Assembly: GCA_963664815.2 (NCBI GenBank)
Contig: CAXXHB010000003.1
Span: 768,001-832,000 of the forward strand
From: Spirochaetota bacterium
GTDB taxonomy: Bacteria > Spirochaetota > UBA4802 > UBA5550
Direction: 5' to 3'
Length of the DNA: 64,000 bases
Each line of letters begins with the position of its first letter. Positions within the stretch are counted from its first letter, which is position 1. Of the stretch, positions 8,801 to 18,193 are shown piece after piece. The position numbers and the translations under genes were made by a program. The notes below the pieces were generated by a model. It did no database searches, was not told where the DNA came from, and was given only the letters and a program-made list of their open reading frames with translations.

Positions 8801-10453
8801 ATGAAAATTAAATTTATATCAGCCGGTTTATTGGCTCTGTTACTGTCAATATCCTTTAATGCAGGCTGCAGTAAAGGTTCAGGTGATGAGCCTGCGGCAA
8901 ATACTGTCACAAATTCTATTAATGGTACAGCAGCCAAAGGTGCGCCGCTTGTAAATGCGGATGTTACTGTAAAAGACAAAAACGGGAGAGTTAAAGCTGC
9001 CACGACAGACGGTATGGGTAAATTTAGCGTTGATGCTTCAGATTTGACTTTTCCTGTAATTATCATGGTAAATAAATCAACCGATACTGTTGTCACTTAC
9101 TGTACGGAGAGAGGTGCAGCAAACGCCACGCCGTTTACAACATCTATTATCGGCCTTACTTTGCGAAGCAATCCTGCGCTTATAGATATGACTTCGGGAA
9201 GCCCGCTGAACCAGGACTTCTCTTCAATCCAGGGTGTAACGGACAGGTTTATGAGCGTTCTGAAAAAGATCTGCCAGGCCGACACGAATATGTCTAATCT
9301 TCTCGGCAGCTTTAATCTTTTTACATCACCTTTTGTCGCATCCGGCAGCGGATTTGACCTTATTCTTGATGTTGCAAAGATAAATGTGCCCGATTTTTCA
9401 CAGTTTAAAGTTAAAGTAACTGTCGGCGGAACAGCAATTGATGTAGATCTGCAGAATATTGATTCAACAGAATTTAGCGCAATACAAAGTGCTTATACAA
9501 CAGCCGCTGAAGATGCAAGACTTAAAAACGAGAAGATAGTAATTTTTTCAAATAGTTATTATGATGATCAGCTTCAAAAATATATAACGAAAACTTATAA
9601 AATGAAATACGATGGCACCGGGCTTGAGGAGCTGACCATGCCGGATGGATTTACAACTGAAACTTTTCATCCAATTGCTGTATGCCTGTCAGGTAAAGGA
9701 TATTTTTTATATGAATATTCTTCAAATGCTGGAAATTCAAATCAGGATACCAGAATTGTCCAGTACAATTGGGATGGAACAAACAGAACTGTTCTTGTTG
9801 AAGAGGATGGTATAAGCAGAGTAGCTTTTTTTTCAGATGGAACAAGAATGGTTTATAAAAATTCAACAGGCACTGAAGCTTCTATCGAATATAAAGTTTA
9901 TTCAAAATCTTTAACTAACAGTGCAGAATCTGCTAAAGAATTATACACCGCTCCTCAGGGTTTTAATATTCTTTATACGCCTGAACCTGTATACGATGGT
10001 AATTTTATCTATTCATACGGTGGTGTAACGGGTTCTTTAAAACCTTTCAGACTTAAGTTTATTTCCGAAAATGAGCCATGGATCAAACAGGATATAAAAA
10101 ATACAGATTTCAACGACGACGGAAAGATTGTTCATGCTTCAAGGGATGGTAAAACAGCGGTTTATATTAAAGAAACTGATGATGAAAACTATATCTATTC
10201 GGGAAAAATAACAGAAAGCGGTGATAAGACTACTTTTTCCATAGAGAGTGAAAGACAGATTACAACAAAAGAATCTTGTAGTCCAAGATGGACACCGGAC
10301 GGAAGGATTATTTTTATAGAAACTGTAAGAGACGAAGGTAACGATTATTGTCAGCATGTTTGTATTATCAATAATGATGGAAGTAATAAAACAGATCTTA
10401 CTCCTGATATTATTAAAGGGTATATTGCCGGAGAATTAATCATTCAGCAGTAA
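8801..10453 (+). CDS. Lipoprotein with N-terminal Ig/carboxypeptidase-regulatory-like domain and C-terminal TolB-like beta-propeller
   Basis: NAGC lipobox; INGTAAKGAPL..A.V...D..G......TD..G.F; NATPFT; C-terminal repeats YDGT, WDGT, FSDGT, SPRWTPDG, NNDGS. Confidence 0.75.
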   Translation: MKIKFISAGLLALLLSISFNAGCSKGSGDEPAANTVTNSINGTAAKGAPLVNADVTVKDKNGRVKAATTDGMGKFSVDASDLTFPVIIMVNKSTDTVVTYCTERGAANATPFTTSIIGLTLRSNPALIDMTSGSPLNQDFSSIQGVTDRFMSVLKKICQADTNMSNLLGSFNLFTSPFVASGSGFDLILDVAKINVPDFSQFKVKVTVGGTAIDVDLQNIDSTEFSAIQSAYTTAAEDARLKNEKIVIFSNSYYDDQLQKYITKTYKMKYDGTGLEELTMPDGFTTETFHPIAVCLSGKGYFLYEYSSNAGNSNQDTRIVQYNWDGTNRTVLVEEDGISRVAFFSDGTRMVYKNSTGTEASIEYKVYSKSLTNSAESAKELYTAPQGFNILYTPEPVYDGNFIYSYGGVTGSLKPFRLKFISENEPWIKQDIKNTDFNDDGKIVHASRDGKTAVYIKETDDENYIYSGKITESGDKTTFSIESERQITTKESCSPRWTPDGRIIFIETVRDEGNDYCQHVCIINNDGSNKTDLTPDIIKGYIAGELIIQQ

Positions 10454-10595
10454 GGACTGAATGGTTTTCTTCGGGCTGAGAGATGTCATTAACTGACGGA
10501 TAGAGATAAGTAACTGATTTATCAGTACAGTTTTTTAAAAACTGATGATAGAGTTTATTGGTAAAAAATTATTCATGAAAAACAGGAGGTTTTAG

Positions 10596-10859
10596 ATGAA
10601 ACGTATTTTGCCGGTTTTAATCTGTTTCGCTGTATCGTGTTCTTCAATGGTCAAATCAAATAACAATGATTCGGAATTATCTGTCAGGAAACGGGCGAGT
10701 TTTGAAATCAACTGCAGTCAGGATAAGCTGAAAATAATACCGATAGAGTATTACCCGAGCGGACTTCTTAAATACATCGGTGTTGAAGGGTGCGGGAAGA
10801 GACTGGTGTATGTTGAAAAAACACCGGGCGATTGGGTGTTAAACAGCAGTTCAAAATAA
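10596..10859 (+). CDS. Small lipoprotein (paralog of 12474..12770)
   Basis: AVSC lipobox; RASFEINC...IGVEGCGKR..Y....WVLNS; AGGAGG RBS. Confidence 0.75.
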   Translation: MKRILPVLICFAVSCSSMVKSNNNDSELSVRKRASFEINCSQDKLKIIPIEYYPSGLLKYIGVEGCGKRLVYVEKTPGDWVLNSSSK

Positions 10860-11195
10860 TTAAACATGAAAATAAATACTTAAAACTTTATATGAAGAGC
10901 GTATTAATATAAAAGTTAAAAATAACTATGCGGATGTTTGTGGATAAAAGGGAAGCCTTTAAATAAAAAAGTATCAAAGGTAATCGCCTTCGCAGGAGTA
11001 ATTTTTGTCGGGAAATTTATGAAAACTACGAAGGCGATTACTGCTTACCGGGATAAAAATATTGTCTGAATATTATAAAAGTCTGAAGCGGGTGATGTGA
11101 TCCCGGAAACTCTGTCCGGAGCAGTATCAATTGTAACAGCATACGGTTACATCTGGTATAGTTTCAGACAGAAATAAAAAGTCCAGGATTATTAA

Positions 11196-12377
11196 ATGAC
11201 TGAAATGAAGAGATTATCAGTTGAAGAACTGAAGCCGGGAATGGTTTTCAGCAAGAGTGTCTATATAAGCAGCGATGATATTCTGCTCGCGCCAAGTGTT
11301 CCCCTTAAGAGTGAAGATATAAAAAAACTCATGAAATGGGGGGTAACAATTGTAGAAACGGCTGGCGATCTGATTCAGTCCGGCACGGCAACCAGAGCAA
11401 ATGCATCTCTTAAAAGCGGACAGGTTCTTGAGAGTTACGAGCAGCTCCTGACTATGAGAAAAAGGTTTATTGAAATTCACGGTAACGCCTGTTTCCTTAT
11501 TGAACAGGTTTATATTGCCGTAAGGAAGGATCGCTCCATTGAGCTCCCGGCAGTACAGAAAACTGTAAATGATATCATTGGTCTGCTTAAAGAAAACAGC
11601 AATGTTTTTCTTTTTCTTAACGGTTTTGACGATGTTGAAAGAAACTATCTTGTAACACATTCCGTCAATGTTACCTTTTACAGCCTTATCCTTGGCCAGG
11701 CGATGAACTATAACGAGAAACAGATGCTTGAACTTGGAACAGGTACAATCCTTATTGATGCCGGAATGACAAAGGTTCCGGTTTATATAGTCCATAAGCA
11801 GTCAAGACTGACTGACAGTGAATATCAGATGATAAAGGCTCATCCTGTTCACGGGTATAAATCGCTTCGAAGCTACCCGCAGATTAATGAAAAAATAACC
11901 AATATATCCCTTCAGCATCATGAGCAGTTTGATGGAAAAGGTTATCCCAGAGGTTTAAAAGGAAAAGAGATTGATGAATACGCCCGAATTGCGTCTATAG
12001 CAGACAGTTATGAATCCCAGATATCAAACAGAAGCTACAGGGAAAAAGTCGGAGCCTATCATGCGATGAAGAATCTCCTTGCAGGTGGTGTTAATAAATT
12101 TGATCCTGAGATCCTGAAAATATTTTTATCACGAATGTCCGTATATCCCATAGGCTCACTGGTTGAATTAAATGATCAGACCATCGGGCTTGTAATAGGC
12201 TCCATAGCCGAGAAGCCTCTGCGACCTGTTATCAAGCTGGTATTCGACTCCAGGCATGAGAAGATTGCAGATACGCAGATTATAAATCTGCTTGAAGATA
12301 CAACAAAGTACATAACTAAGGTACTTAATGAAAAAGAAGCTGGGATAAATCTCTTCGATGTTCTCTGGGGTTATTAA
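11196..12377 (+). CDS. HD-GYP domain protein with N-terminal DUF3391-like segment; HD dyad degenerate
   Basis: LKPGM start, THSVNV, LIDAGM in place of LHDIGK, HHEQFDGKGYP, RSYR, YPIGSLVEL. Confidence 0.88.
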   Translation: MTEMKRLSVEELKPGMVFSKSVYISSDDILLAPSVPLKSEDIKKLMKWGVTIVETAGDLIQSGTATRANASLKSGQVLESYEQLLTMRKRFIEIHGNACFLIEQVYIAVRKDRSIELPAVQKTVNDIIGLLKENSNVFLFLNGFDDVERNYLVTHSVNVTFYSLILGQAMNYNEKQMLELGTGTILIDAGMTKVPVYIVHKQSRLTDSEYQMIKAHPVHGYKSLRSYPQINEKITNISLQHHEQFDGKGYPRGLKGKEIDEYARIASIADSYESQISNRSYREKVGAYHAMKNLLAGGVNKFDPEILKIFLSRMSVYPIGSLVELNDQTIGLVIGSIAEKPLRPVIKLVFDSRHEKIADTQIINLLEDTTKYITKVLNEKEAGINLFDVLWGY

Positions 12378-12473
12378 TCCGTGCTAACAATAGAAAAATG
12401 TACGAGTTCAGTAACCCGGGCGACAGTTTACAAATTATGATATATAAAAATAAAAAGTTAATTTGAGGTCTAT

Positions 12474-12770
12474 ATGAAAAAGATTCTGTTACTAATGATT
12501 TGTATGTGTTTCTCTATTTATTCTGTTTCCTGTATCTCAATGGCTGAAGCTGCTAAATTTGATAATGAAAATGCGGAAAAAACTTTAAGAAACCGGGCCG
12601 GTTTTGAAATGAGTTGTCCGGAAGACAAATTAAAACTGACAGTTATCGAAAAAAATGATGATGGATTTTATACAAGGATAGGAATTGCAGGATGTGGAAA
12701 AAGAGGAATGTACATGAGAGTTGTAAATGGTGGTAAATACGAGTGGATATTGAATAGTACAGGCAATTAG
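12474..12770 (+). CDS. Small lipoprotein (paralog of 10596..10859)
   Basis: SVSC lipobox; RAGFEMSC...IGIAGCGKR..Y....WILNS; GAGG RBS. Confidence 0.75.
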   Translation: MKKILLLMICMCFSIYSVSCISMAEAAKFDNENAEKTLRNRAGFEMSCPEDKLKLTVIEKNDDGFYTRIGIAGCGKRGMYMRVVNGGKYEWILNSTGN

Positions 12771-13041
12771 CAGATAAACATATATTACATAAGCCCGAAA
12801 ATCAGCAGAGCATCCTTTATGAATGATAAGGGAAAGCATGGTCTTATTTTAATAAATATATAATTAACAGTATTCAGATATTACCATAAGTTTTGAAAGC
12901 CGCGGAATGTGTTAAAAGAGTTATGAATTCCCTGACAGATAAAAACTCCCTGCGGTAATTTCAGAAAGCTGAAAAACAATATTTTAAAATTTAATCTGAA
13001 AAATTTAACTATTGGTGAATTTAAAAGTGAGAGATTTTGCT

Positions 13042-13641
13042 ATGTACAGCATCGCACCGGAAGAAATGCTCAAAATACTTTTTTCAAATTCAATTGAGGC
13101 ACACTGGATATGGAATCTGCATACAATGCAGTTTGAAGAGGTATATATTAACAGCAGAAACGCCGGACTTATACCGGAGGATGTTTTTACCAGCATGCTT
13201 GTGGAGCGGGTGTTGAAAGAGGACCGTAAAAGAGTATTAAACATAATTGTTGAGCATATCAGTATTGCCAAAGCCGGGGAGAAGCATATTAAAATTCCTC
13301 CAATCTATACTCATCTTATCAATGGATACGGCAATTATGTGCCAGCTGTAATTAATCTGACTGTCTATTACGATCAGAACATCAATGATGCCACACTTCT
13401 TGTCGGAGATATCAGGATAGATTACAAGCAGCAATATATAGGGATACTGAACCGCATACTCAGCAAACGCGAAAAAGAATGCCTGTCACATGTGCTGAAT
13501 GGTAAAAGTCATAAGGAGATACTCCGCTTAATGATGATTGAAAATTCAACATTGAGTACATACAAGAAAAATATAGTGAATAAAAGCGGCTACTCTCTCA
13601 GTCAGATAAAATACATACTTAAAAACACGATTATTCAGTAA
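13042..13641 (+). CDS. LuxR-family HTH regulator with N-terminal PAS-like domain (copy C)
   Basis: Near-identical to 1369..1968, with the same HTH. Confidence 0.8.
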   Translation: MYSIAPEEMLKILFSNSIEAHWIWNLHTMQFEEVYINSRNAGLIPEDVFTSMLVERVLKEDRKRVLNIIVEHISIAKAGEKHIKIPPIYTHLINGYGNYVPAVINLTVYYDQNINDATLLVGDIRIDYKQQYIGILNRILSKREKECLSHVLNGKSHKEILRLMMIENSTLSTYKKNIVNKSGYSLSQIKYILKNTIIQ

Positions 13642-13764
13642 TTACCTGTGTGTGGAAGACAGTAATCGTTTACTCCCTGTTATGGTTCGGGTGAGACATG
13701 TTTATCCGCCGGCCCATGAGCAGTTCCACTGTTGTTTTGCAGTTATTAAACATTTAAGATTTAG

Positions 13765-13802
13765 TACTACGAATTCATAGAAGATACGCTTAATACATAG
13801 AA
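13765..13802 (+). promoter_or_regulatory. Putative LuxR/NarL-type operator
   Basis: TACTACGAATTCATAGAA plus ATACATAGAA 20 bp later; homologous to 8543..8580. Confidence 0.55.
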
Positions 13803-14068
13803 CGGAATTTTAACTCCTGGCGGAATATTCTATTGAAAATTTAGACACTGGGAATAAAAGACTGCAGATAACCGGTGCTCTGTCGGGAAATAAAACTGCT
13901 GCTATGATGATGAACATGGCGTATCATTTTGCGGTAATAACTCATAACCGAAAGTTTATGAAGGCAACAGAGAGAGGCCGCCCGAAACCAGGGATACATG
14001 TATGCTATGCAGAATTTTTCACAATGAAGATTAAAAGGATTTAAAAAAAATTTAATAAAGGAGTTTTT

Positions 14069-14521
14069 ATGAAAAGATTCATGCCGGCCATTATTACTGT
14101 TTTATTTTTACTGCAAGGTTGTAGTTCAGGTGGAAAAATTGATGATCAGATGTATGTTAAATACTTAACTAAATCTTACAATTATTCAATGGATAAATGC
14201 TTTAGTGCAACCCTCGCTGCTTTAAAAGAAAGTAAAATCGGAATTGAAAAACAGGATCGGGCAAAGGGAATAATAATAACGGACCGTGTTGTTTTTAAAG
14301 AATCGGCTCAAGGGGGACAGGGTTATGCGACTCTTGTGTCTTATTCTCATAAATATTATTTTCAGATTTCAGGTAAAGGTAACAACTCTATTATTAAGGT
14401 TTATAAATATAGAACATGGAGAAATAGTGAAGAAGTATTTGAAATAGATTATGATTTGCGCACTGGAACTCTTTGGAATCCTTTATTCAATGAAATAAAG
14501 ATAAAACTGGAAGAGATGTAA
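14069..14521 (+). CDS. Lipoprotein, DUF3568-like
   Basis: LQGC lipobox; Y.YS.DKCF.AT..AL......I...D...G.I.TD pattern; AAGGAG RBS. Confidence 0.7.
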   Translation: MKRFMPAIITVLFLLQGCSSGGKIDDQMYVKYLTKSYNYSMDKCFSATLAALKESKIGIEKQDRAKGIIITDRVVFKESAQGGQGYATLVSYSHKYYFQISGKGNNSIIKVYKYRTWRNSEEVFEIDYDLRTGTLWNPLFNEIKIKLEEM

Positions 14522-14565
14522 TGTTTATAGGTAATTATAAAAAAATTTTAATAAAAGAGGATTTT

Positions 14566-15009
14566 ATGAAAAGATTTATACCGGCAATTATTGTACTTTT
14601 GATTTTACTCACAGGTTGCTTTAAAACATACAAAATGGACGATCCTGAATTATATGATAAACATTTGACAAGATCATTCAATTATTCCAGAGAAAAATCA
14701 TTTAATGCAACACTTGCTGCTTTGAAAGAAATGAAAACCGGAATAGAAAAGGTGGATATTGAAAAGGGAATTATAATCACAGATAAAGCAGTATATGAGG
14801 AAAGATTTGACCGCGGTAAACTTCATACTTTTAAAAATAAATATTATTTCCAGATTACAGGAAATGGTAATAACTCCACTGTCAAAGTTTATAAATACAG
14901 GGAATGGGATAATAATGTTGAATTAGAGGGTGTATATCCCCCTTATCAGGGAGAAAAACTTTGGAATCCTTTATTCAAAGAGATTCAGAATCAGCTTGAT
15001 GTGAGGTAA
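14566..15009 (+). CDS. Lipoprotein, DUF3568-like (tandem paralog of 14069..14521)
   Basis: LTGC lipobox; shared KYYFQI.G.GNNS..KVYKYR.W and LWNPLF.EI; leader and RBS also duplicated. Confidence 0.7.
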   Translation: MKRFIPAIIVLLILLTGCFKTYKMDDPELYDKHLTRSFNYSREKSFNATLAALKEMKTGIEKVDIEKGIIITDKAVYEERFDRGKLHTFKNKYYFQITGNGNNSTVKVYKYREWDNNVELEGVYPPYQGEKLWNPLFKEIQNQLDVR

Positions 15010-15100
15010 AAATAACACGCTTCGCAGTTGCCCATGGGAGCCGCAATTGTTGTTGACGGATGTAAGCCGGCCTGATATATCCTTGTCTGAGGGTATATTG

Positions 15101-15715
15101 ATGAAAAGAGTATTTATTTGTATAGTTACAGCTGCATTGTTAACCGGTTCAACTTATTATGCTCCTGTTACTTATCCCTTCGGGCATGCAGTTGTTATGG
15201 GGCTTAATGCGTCAAAAGTATTTTATTTTCTTAAAAACCGTGGATATGATGCATATATATCAAAATCCTGGAACAACCAGACTGCGGTTTTTGAAAGGAA
15301 AATGACAGACAGGGATCAGGGAGCAGTTCTCAGTAACCTGTTATCAAAAGAGCTAAGCTGTACTGTTATATATTTTTACAGCAAGCGTGAAAATCAGCTC
15401 AGCATATATGCATATAACAAGGGTGCTCAACTTATGAGATATGAGGGCTGTATAGATTATGATCATGATACATGCCTCCCTATGATTGCGGGTCTTGATA
15501 AATTACTCGAAGTTTTAGGGAAGCAGAATCAGATTAAAGAGATTAAAGAAAGCTTATGTTATAAAGAGACTGTCGATTCAGTCCGTATCCATAAAGACTT
15601 TGTTAAGGTTATGGGACTCACGTCGTACAGCACGCCCTTCGGTTATGATTTTTTTAAAACAAATTATGAGCAGCTGAAAGACAAACAAATGTCGGAAATT
15701 ATCAGAGTTAAATAG
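15101..15715 (+). CDS. Hypothetical exported protein
   Basis: Signal-peptide-like MKRVFICIVTAALLTG; long ORF, no recognised motif. Confidence 0.6.
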   Translation: MKRVFICIVTAALLTGSTYYAPVTYPFGHAVVMGLNASKVFYFLKNRGYDAYISKSWNNQTAVFERKMTDRDQGAVLSNLLSKELSCTVIYFYSKRENQLSIYAYNKGAQLMRYEGCIDYDHDTCLPMIAGLDKLLEVLGKQNQIKEIKESLCYKETVDSVRIHKDFVKVMGLTSYSTPFGYDFFKTNYEQLKDKQMSEIIRVK

Positions 15716-15907
15716 TTAAAATATAACTTTAATCCTGCCGATCTCTCCGCTCATGAGGCGGACTTTAATACCGTGCGGATGTGACGGTGAATTTGTAAGT
15801 ATGTCCTTTACTATTCCCTCGGTAAGTTTTTCATTTTGCTGATCTTTCTTTAAAACTACAGCGACTTTCATGCCGGTTTTGATCGATGAGCGTTTTGTGC
15901 CATCCAT
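15716..15907 (-). CDS. YwbE (DUF2196) family protein
   Basis: MDGTKRSSIK.G..V.VVLKKDQ....LTEG.VKDILTNSPSHPHGIKVRL.SG.IGR. Confidence 0.9.
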   Translation of the reverse strand: MDGTKRSSIKTGMKVAVVLKKDQQNEKLTEGIVKDILTNSPSHPHGIKVRLMSGEIGRIKVIF

Positions 15908-15908
15908 A

Positions 15909-16376
15909 TTATATACCTTCATCCGTATTTTTCTTATGCCTTGTCAGAAAACGGTCAAGCTGACCGGCAAAGGCCTGACGGTCACGGTTTGAGAAGGAGT
16001 TTTGTCTTCCGGCATTAATGCCGCTGTTTCTCAGGTCATCCATAAGGTCTCTCATGGCAAGCCTCTCCTTTATGTTTTCTTTGGTATAAAATTCACCTCT
16101 CGGGTTAAGAGCAAAACCTCCGCGGGTAACTGCACGGTCTGCTAACGGGATGTCCGCAGTAATAACGAGGTCTCCCGGATTAACCATCTCCGCAATACGG
16201 TCATCAGCTTCATCCGGACCTGCAGGAACAACAATTGATGAAATAAATGATGATTCAGGAAATTTTAAAGGCTGATTTGCGACAAGTACCAGCTGAATTC
16301 TGTTACGCTCAACTGCGCGGAAGAGAATATCCTTAACCGCAACAGGTGTGGAATCAGCATCTATAAGTATCCTCAT
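15909..16376 (-). CDS. YaiI/YqxD (UPF0178) family protein
   Basis: MRILIDADSTPV, DEADD.I, GDLVITADIPLA, PRGE.Y...NI. Confidence 0.92.
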   Translation of the reverse strand: MRILIDADSTPVAVKDILFRAVERNRIQLVLVANQPLKFPESSFISSIVVPAGPDEADDRIAEMVNPGDLVITADIPLADRAVTRGGFALNPRGEFYTKENIKERLAMRDLMDDLRNSGINAGRQNSFSNRDRQAFAGQLDRFLTRHKKNTDEGI

Positions 16377-16581
16377 AAGAAAATATTATCCATGTAAATA
16401 TATTTAAAAAACATTTTCATGATACTTTTATCGCTGCATTTTTTGTCAAGGAAGTAAATAATAAGTAATTCCGGTAAACGCATTTGTGGATGAAGCTATA
16501 AAAAAATTTCTTGAAACATGCCTGTAAATAAATTAAATTTTGTATCGGAACCATTTTACATATACAATTGTGGAGAATTTT

Positions 16582-17457
16582 ATGAAAAAAGAGATGATTC
16601 TGTTTTTTGCAGTAATAACTCTTTTAATATCCTGTTCAAGGGAGTATGATAAAAAAAACAGGATTGTATTTAACAGAAATACCGGTACATATGATCAGAT
16701 ATTTATTATAGACAATGACACAGGCAATCAGGTGCAGATCACCAGTGGAAGCTATAATTCCAATTACTGCTCCTGGTCTCCTGATGGGAAAAGAATTGTT
16801 TTCAGATCAGATCGTGGCGGCAGTAGTTTCGATATTTTCACCATGAATTCCGATGGTACCAATGTTAAGCAGCTTACCAATAACACTGCCGGGGATGATA
16901 CGCCAACCTGGACCACTGATGGGAGCAGAATTCTTTTCAGTTCAAATATATCAGGCAATTACGATATATATATAATAAATACTGACGGCAGCAACCTTAT
17001 ACAGCTTACTACTGATACATATCATGAATTTGATCCATCAATGTCGCCCGATGGTACAAAAATTGCATTTTCCCGCTTCAATGGTTCAGATTATGAAATA
17101 TTTGTTATGAAAGCTGATGGTACAAATTCTGTAAATATTACAAATAATGCAGGATATGACGATGCTTTCCCTACCTGGTCCTATGATGGATCAAAAATCC
17201 TGTATCAGGTAAATACCGGCACTTATTATGATATTGCAATAATGAATTCAGATGGCTCCGGAAAAGTAATGCTGACAAACACGTCATCTATAGATGATAC
17301 GGATGCTGTCTGGTCACCTGACGGCAATGAAATAATCTTTGCAAGGGGAACTACATCTTATAATATCTATAAAATGAAAGCTGACGGTTCGGGAATGGCG
17401 CAGCTAACCACTGTCAACAGCAATCGTTATCCCTGTTTTGAATATAGACCGAAGTAA
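16582..17457 (+). CDS. TolB-like (PD40 repeat) beta-propeller lipoprotein
   Basis: LISC lipobox; repeats WSPDGKRIVF, WTTDGSRILF, SPDGTKIAF, WSYDGSKIL, WSPDGNEIIF. Confidence 0.9.
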   Translation: MKKEMILFFAVITLLISCSREYDKKNRIVFNRNTGTYDQIFIIDNDTGNQVQITSGSYNSNYCSWSPDGKRIVFRSDRGGSSFDIFTMNSDGTNVKQLTNNTAGDDTPTWTTDGSRILFSSNISGNYDIYIINTDGSNLIQLTTDTYHEFDPSMSPDGTKIAFSRFNGSDYEIFVMKADGTNSVNITNNAGYDDAFPTWSYDGSKILYQVNTGTYYDIAIMNSDGSGKVMLTNTSSIDDTDAVWSPDGNEIIFARGTTSYNIYKMKADGSGMAQLTTVNSNRYPCFEYRPK

Positions 17458-17561
17458 GGCTGTTTCCCCAATGCTTCATGGGGAGTTCATGACTAAGTGT
17501 TTTTTAATACATATATTTTCATGTATAAAAAACACCTGGCAGTTTTAAAGGGAGGAATACA

Positions 17562-17930
17562 ATGAAAGACTTTAATGTCAAAAAAACCTTTACCATATTT
17601 TCTTTGAATCATTTTCCGGAAAACACTTTGAGAAATAAAAATATAATAATCTCTGCCGTATTAATATTTTATATCTCTTTTTTTATTCTTGCGGGATGTG
17701 CTGAGCATCCTGCTGCAGAGAGACTGGAACCGGTAAAGACAGAACAGGAAAAAACTCTAAGCAGACCACGATTGAGAGAATGTCCGGATGTAATGATAAT
17801 AAACAGGATGCCGGAATCAAAGGGGCCTTCGGTCTATTATTTAGTGAAGGGGCAGAGACGGGAGATAAGCGATATGGACACAGAATGGTTATGGGAAAAC
17901 TGCAAAATCAGGGAACAGATTGTATATTGA
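17562..17930 (+). CDS. Hypothetical lipoprotein (true start may be downstream)
   Basis: GGAGG RBS; hydrophobic stretch ending LAGC; C-terminal CPD..I.NRMP....Y....G.RRE....D..W...NC. Confidence 0.6.
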   Translation: MKDFNVKKTFTIFSLNHFPENTLRNKNIIISAVLIFYISFFILAGCAEHPAAERLEPVKTEQEKTLSRPRLRECPDVMIINRMPESKGPSVYYLVKGQRREISDMDTEWLWENCKIREQIVY

Positions 17931-17951
17931 AAACCCTGATATGAGTCTGTA

Positions 17952-18169
17952 TTATTTTTTAAGAGGATTTAAAATAAACCCATACATGGATTTTTCATCA
18001 GAAACACTGGCCATTCCATCGTGGAAGCTGTCATAGCTTCGAAAATTTTTCCTTTTACTGAAATTATAATATTTCCTTTGCTGTTTATATATCCACTGGT
18101 ACTTGAAGAATCATATGGAGATCTGGATATTACTTTACTCCCTTCGACATATGCAAGACCTTCATGGAT
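17952..18169 (-). pseudogene. Frameshifted C-terminal fragment of a WG-repeat (KWG-type) protein
   Basis: Hand translation: HEGLAYV...SGYINSKGNIII, then a frameshift to YDSFHDGMASV...YGFILNPLKK*; no start codon. Confidence 0.65.
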
Positions 18170-18193
18170 CCTGCTGCCTGTTTAACGCGTTTT

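Larger units (their letters stand above)
12879..13996 (+). repeat. LuxR cassette copy C (complete: upstream region, gene, operator and leader)
   Basis: 12879..13732 matches 1206..2058; about 13660..13996 matches about 8440..8775. Confidence 0.8.
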
